From: an uncultured delta proteobacterium
Lineage (GTDB): Bacteria > Myxococcota_A > Polyangia > Polyangiales > Polyangiaceae
Reading direction: 5' to 3'
Assembly (NCBI GenBank): GCA_963841435.1
Contig: CAWJCS010000005.1
Coordinates: 1,782,844 to 1,846,843, forward strand
DNA: 64,000 bases
The notes below the pieces were generated by a model, which saw nothing but the letters and a program-made list of their open reading frames with translations, was not told the DNA's origin and ran no database searches. Below are positions 61,733 through 64,000 of this stretch, piece after piece; within the stretch, counting starts at the first letter, position 1, and each line of letters starts with the position of its first letter. Made by a program: the position numbers and the translations under genes.

Positions 61733-62384
61733 AGCCCGTGGAAGGAGGACCTTGGCGAGTTCGGTTACCACAAGGGCGGCGTAGTCCTCATCCTTGATGG
61801 AGAACTCTCCAACGCCGTCCCGCTCGTTGAGGTTCAAGAAGACCTCCCCTTCGCCATCGGCGAGGAAGAGCTTCGCGGCGGTCCAGTTCCCCGGGGGGCG
61901 TGGACGAAAAGCTGGCGCCGATCTCCGGCTCCTCGAATCTGGTTTGGTTCGTTCCCCGTATCGCAATCGAACACGTCAGCTCCTCGGCAGCCGCGGGCCG
62001 GGGAAGTGTGCCCGAGAAAGAGAGCTCTTTTCGCCCACGTGGCGTAGGAACTCCGTACAGTCGGAACCGCCGCGGCGATGCAGCGAGAGCTTGGCGAAGG
62101 AGAACAGCCCACTACCTGTTGACTGCGAAGGGTCCTGGCGTGGCTTAAACTTGCACGATGGCGCGTCGTCGGTTGTCGCGAGGTACCGACGAGAGCCGTC
62201 TGCCTCTCCCGTGACGGCAAGATGAAATTGCGTTGGCGCGAGTCGGTGCTCCGAAGTTCGACTTGGGTACGGCAGCGGCCTCGGGCGACGACGCAACGGC
62301 ACCGGTCGTGGCCGGTCCTCGCGGAACGCGCGAGCAGGCGACCAAGATGGTCAAACAGACACCCAACCGAACTCGAGACAGCAT
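61727..62384 (-). pseudogene. Cassette lipoprotein, frameshifted
   Basis: N-terminal MLSRVRLGVCLTILVAC lipobox; C-terminus in another frame ending with TAA in attC. Confidence 0.5.
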
Positions 62385-62396
62385 GTCCCTCTGCCT

Positions 62397-62471
62397 GGCT
62401 AACGTACCAGGTTTCAGCAGCGCCGCCCGAGCGAACGCGAGGGCGGCGTCTGCTGCAAACCGGAGTTGGAC
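62397..62471 (-). repeat. attC
   Basis: GGCTAAC...GTTGGAC. Confidence 0.9.
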
Positions 62472-62785
62472 TGCCCGTGCAAACATCGTCACGCCCGCTT
62501 GCTGGCCTCGCTCGCGTGGCCGCCGGGGCCGCCTGACGGCGGCAGTCGAAGTGTGAGTGCCTCAATGACGGGAAGTGCCTTGGCGACCGCAGCGCACGCG
62601 GATTTCCTGATCGAACGGACCCGCATAGCGGAGCTGCAGGACGTAGCAGGATCCGAACGTCTTCAAATACGCATGACCGGTTCGTCCCGAGAGGCACGTG
62701 TCGAGGGCGCCGCCGCGTTGGAGCGGGGTTCCCGAACGGGCGACCGCAGTGCGGATTAGATTAGAACAGGTCGTCGCGGGGCATT

Positions 62786-63211
62786 TCAGAGAAGCCTGTG
62801 GGCTGCGCACCACAACTTGCCCCAAGCGTCGAAGACGTAACGGGCTCCAACGCCCTCGCCTTGCTCGAGACGCTCTCCAGCGCAGCCTGAAGTTCTCGCC
62901 ATTCCGGTGAGTCGTCCGTCGCCACTTTTCAACAGTCGTGGGCGAGGCTTCCATGGGGCGAGTCTTGCCACGACCGCCAGACCGATGGTGTCGAGGACCG
63001 GATCATCAAGGCGATGTTTGAGGAGGTCAGCCAACTCCACCTCGAAACGGGTGAAGAACCATTTCGGCTTCCACTGAAAGGGCGCCTTCCAGCCCGCGCG
63101 CCGGACATCGTCGAACACGAGCCACACTTTGCCGTCCGGTCGCTCCATGATGGAAATGGCCAGCCCGGTCGCCCCTCGGTTGCCGTCGTCTGTCCGTGTG
63201 TCCTCGGTCAC
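62786..63211 (-). CDS. Hypothetical cassette protein
   Basis: ORF starts about 20 bp after an attC core; C-terminus doubtful. Confidence 0.5.
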   Translation of the reverse strand: MTEDTRTDDGNRGATGLAISIMERPDGKVWLVFDDVRRAGWKAPFQWKPKWFFTRFEVELADLLKHRLDDPVLDTIGLAVVARLAPWKPRPRLLKSGDGRLTGMARTSGCAGERLEQGEGVGARYVFDAWGKLWCAAHRLL

Positions 63212-63246
63212 GCGCGCCTGGCACCTGGTCGGCCCAACGTATCAGG

Positions 63247-64000
63247 CATAAGAAGGGGGTGGCGGAAGAATCGCGACGGGTAGCTTGGGTGGCGTTCGCC
63301 AAGGGCGTGGGGGCGAGGAGGTGCGCACTGGCGCTCGCGGCGGCGTACGCGTTGTCGCTGGGGGATCTGCTCGACGCGGCGGGAGCGGAGAGAGGATCTG
63401 GGTCCCCTATCCTGGTGTCTTCCACAACCCCAAGAAAGGAGACCCAGATGACCCGGTATATCGGACTCGATGCCCACGCGGAAAGCTGCACGATCGCGGT
63501 GCTCGGCCCGAGCGGCAAACGGCTGCGTCACGAGCGCCTTCAGACGAGCGCGGAGCTGCTCAAGAGCTTCATCAAGGAGGTGCCCCGGCCGCGGCAGCTG
63601 TGCATGGAGGACGGCACGTTGAGCGAGTGGCTGTTCGAGGAGCTCACGCCGATCGTGGACAAGCTGGTCGTCGTGATGCCGGATCGCACGCCAGGCAACA
63701 AGAGCGACCTCATCGACGCGTGCAAGCTGGCCGACGACCTGCGGCGCAATGCGATTCGTCGCCCCGTGTACAAGGCGCCGGGTTGCTTCCGGGCGCTGCG
63801 CGAGGCGGCGCGGACACACTACGTGCTGCAGCGCGACAAGGTCCGCACCAAGAGTCGGCTGAATGCTCTGTGCCGCGGCTGCGGCCATGCCGAGCCCGCC
63901 AAGTCGCTCTACGCGTCGAAGACCCGAGGCCAGGCGCTGAAGCAGCTGCCCGAGCATCTGCGCCCGCGAGCAGCGCTGTTCGGGCAGCAGCTCGACGGTC
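63247..64000 (+). mobile_element. IS110/IS1111-family element A, copy 2 (runs off window); recombinase from 63448; preceded by attC half 63232-63246
   Basis: Near-identical to 49805 onward; flank GCCCAACGTATCAGG. Confidence 0.9.

Larger units (their letters stand above)
46481..64000 (-). mobile_element. Integron gene-cassette array (14 attC sites; intI not in window)
   Basis: Repeated AAC...GTT imperfect palindromes flanking 1-2 gene units; cassette ends are mutually complementary; left boundary approximate. Confidence 0.9.

Noticed and set aside
47242-63246. Repeats as a CRISPR array or terminators
   Set aside because: The intervening segments are gene-sized, repeats vary in length and have attC architecture; no cas genes or poly-T tails
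46481-64000. Integron integrase gene
   Set aside because: No tyrosine recombinase motifs recognised in any ORF in the window
1-64000. tRNA or rRNA genes
   Set aside because: None recognised by eye

Overview
High-GC window with myxobacterium-like gene content (Gly/Ser/Thr-rich lipoproteins, DUF1552/DUF1592 pair, DUF4388 regulator); the taxonomy is inferred from gene style only. 1-23.3 kb: a probable envelope lipid/glycan cluster (FadL, arylsulfotransferase-like, KAS III, DUF1302/LolA-like, sulfotransferase, cysH/cysNC/cysD, fatty acid hydroxylase, NeuB, KdsC-like, SDR, aminotransferase, SpsF, transketolase). 23.5-45.9 kb: a minimal Che-like cluster, patatin, GH26, ribH, ECF sigma/YciI, an LDLa-repeat lipoprotein and others. 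46.5-64 kb: an integron cassette array oriented on the minus strand with 14 attC sites (some partial or split), rich in toxin-antitoxin cassettes; no intI is visible in the window. Five attC sites are interrupted by IS elements: two copies each of two different IS110/IS1111-family elements and one IS630. The most striking feature is a readable bridge/seek-RNA target loop in one IS110-family element whose two guide segments match the attC core where it inserted. Domain assignments are from motif recognition, not database searches.
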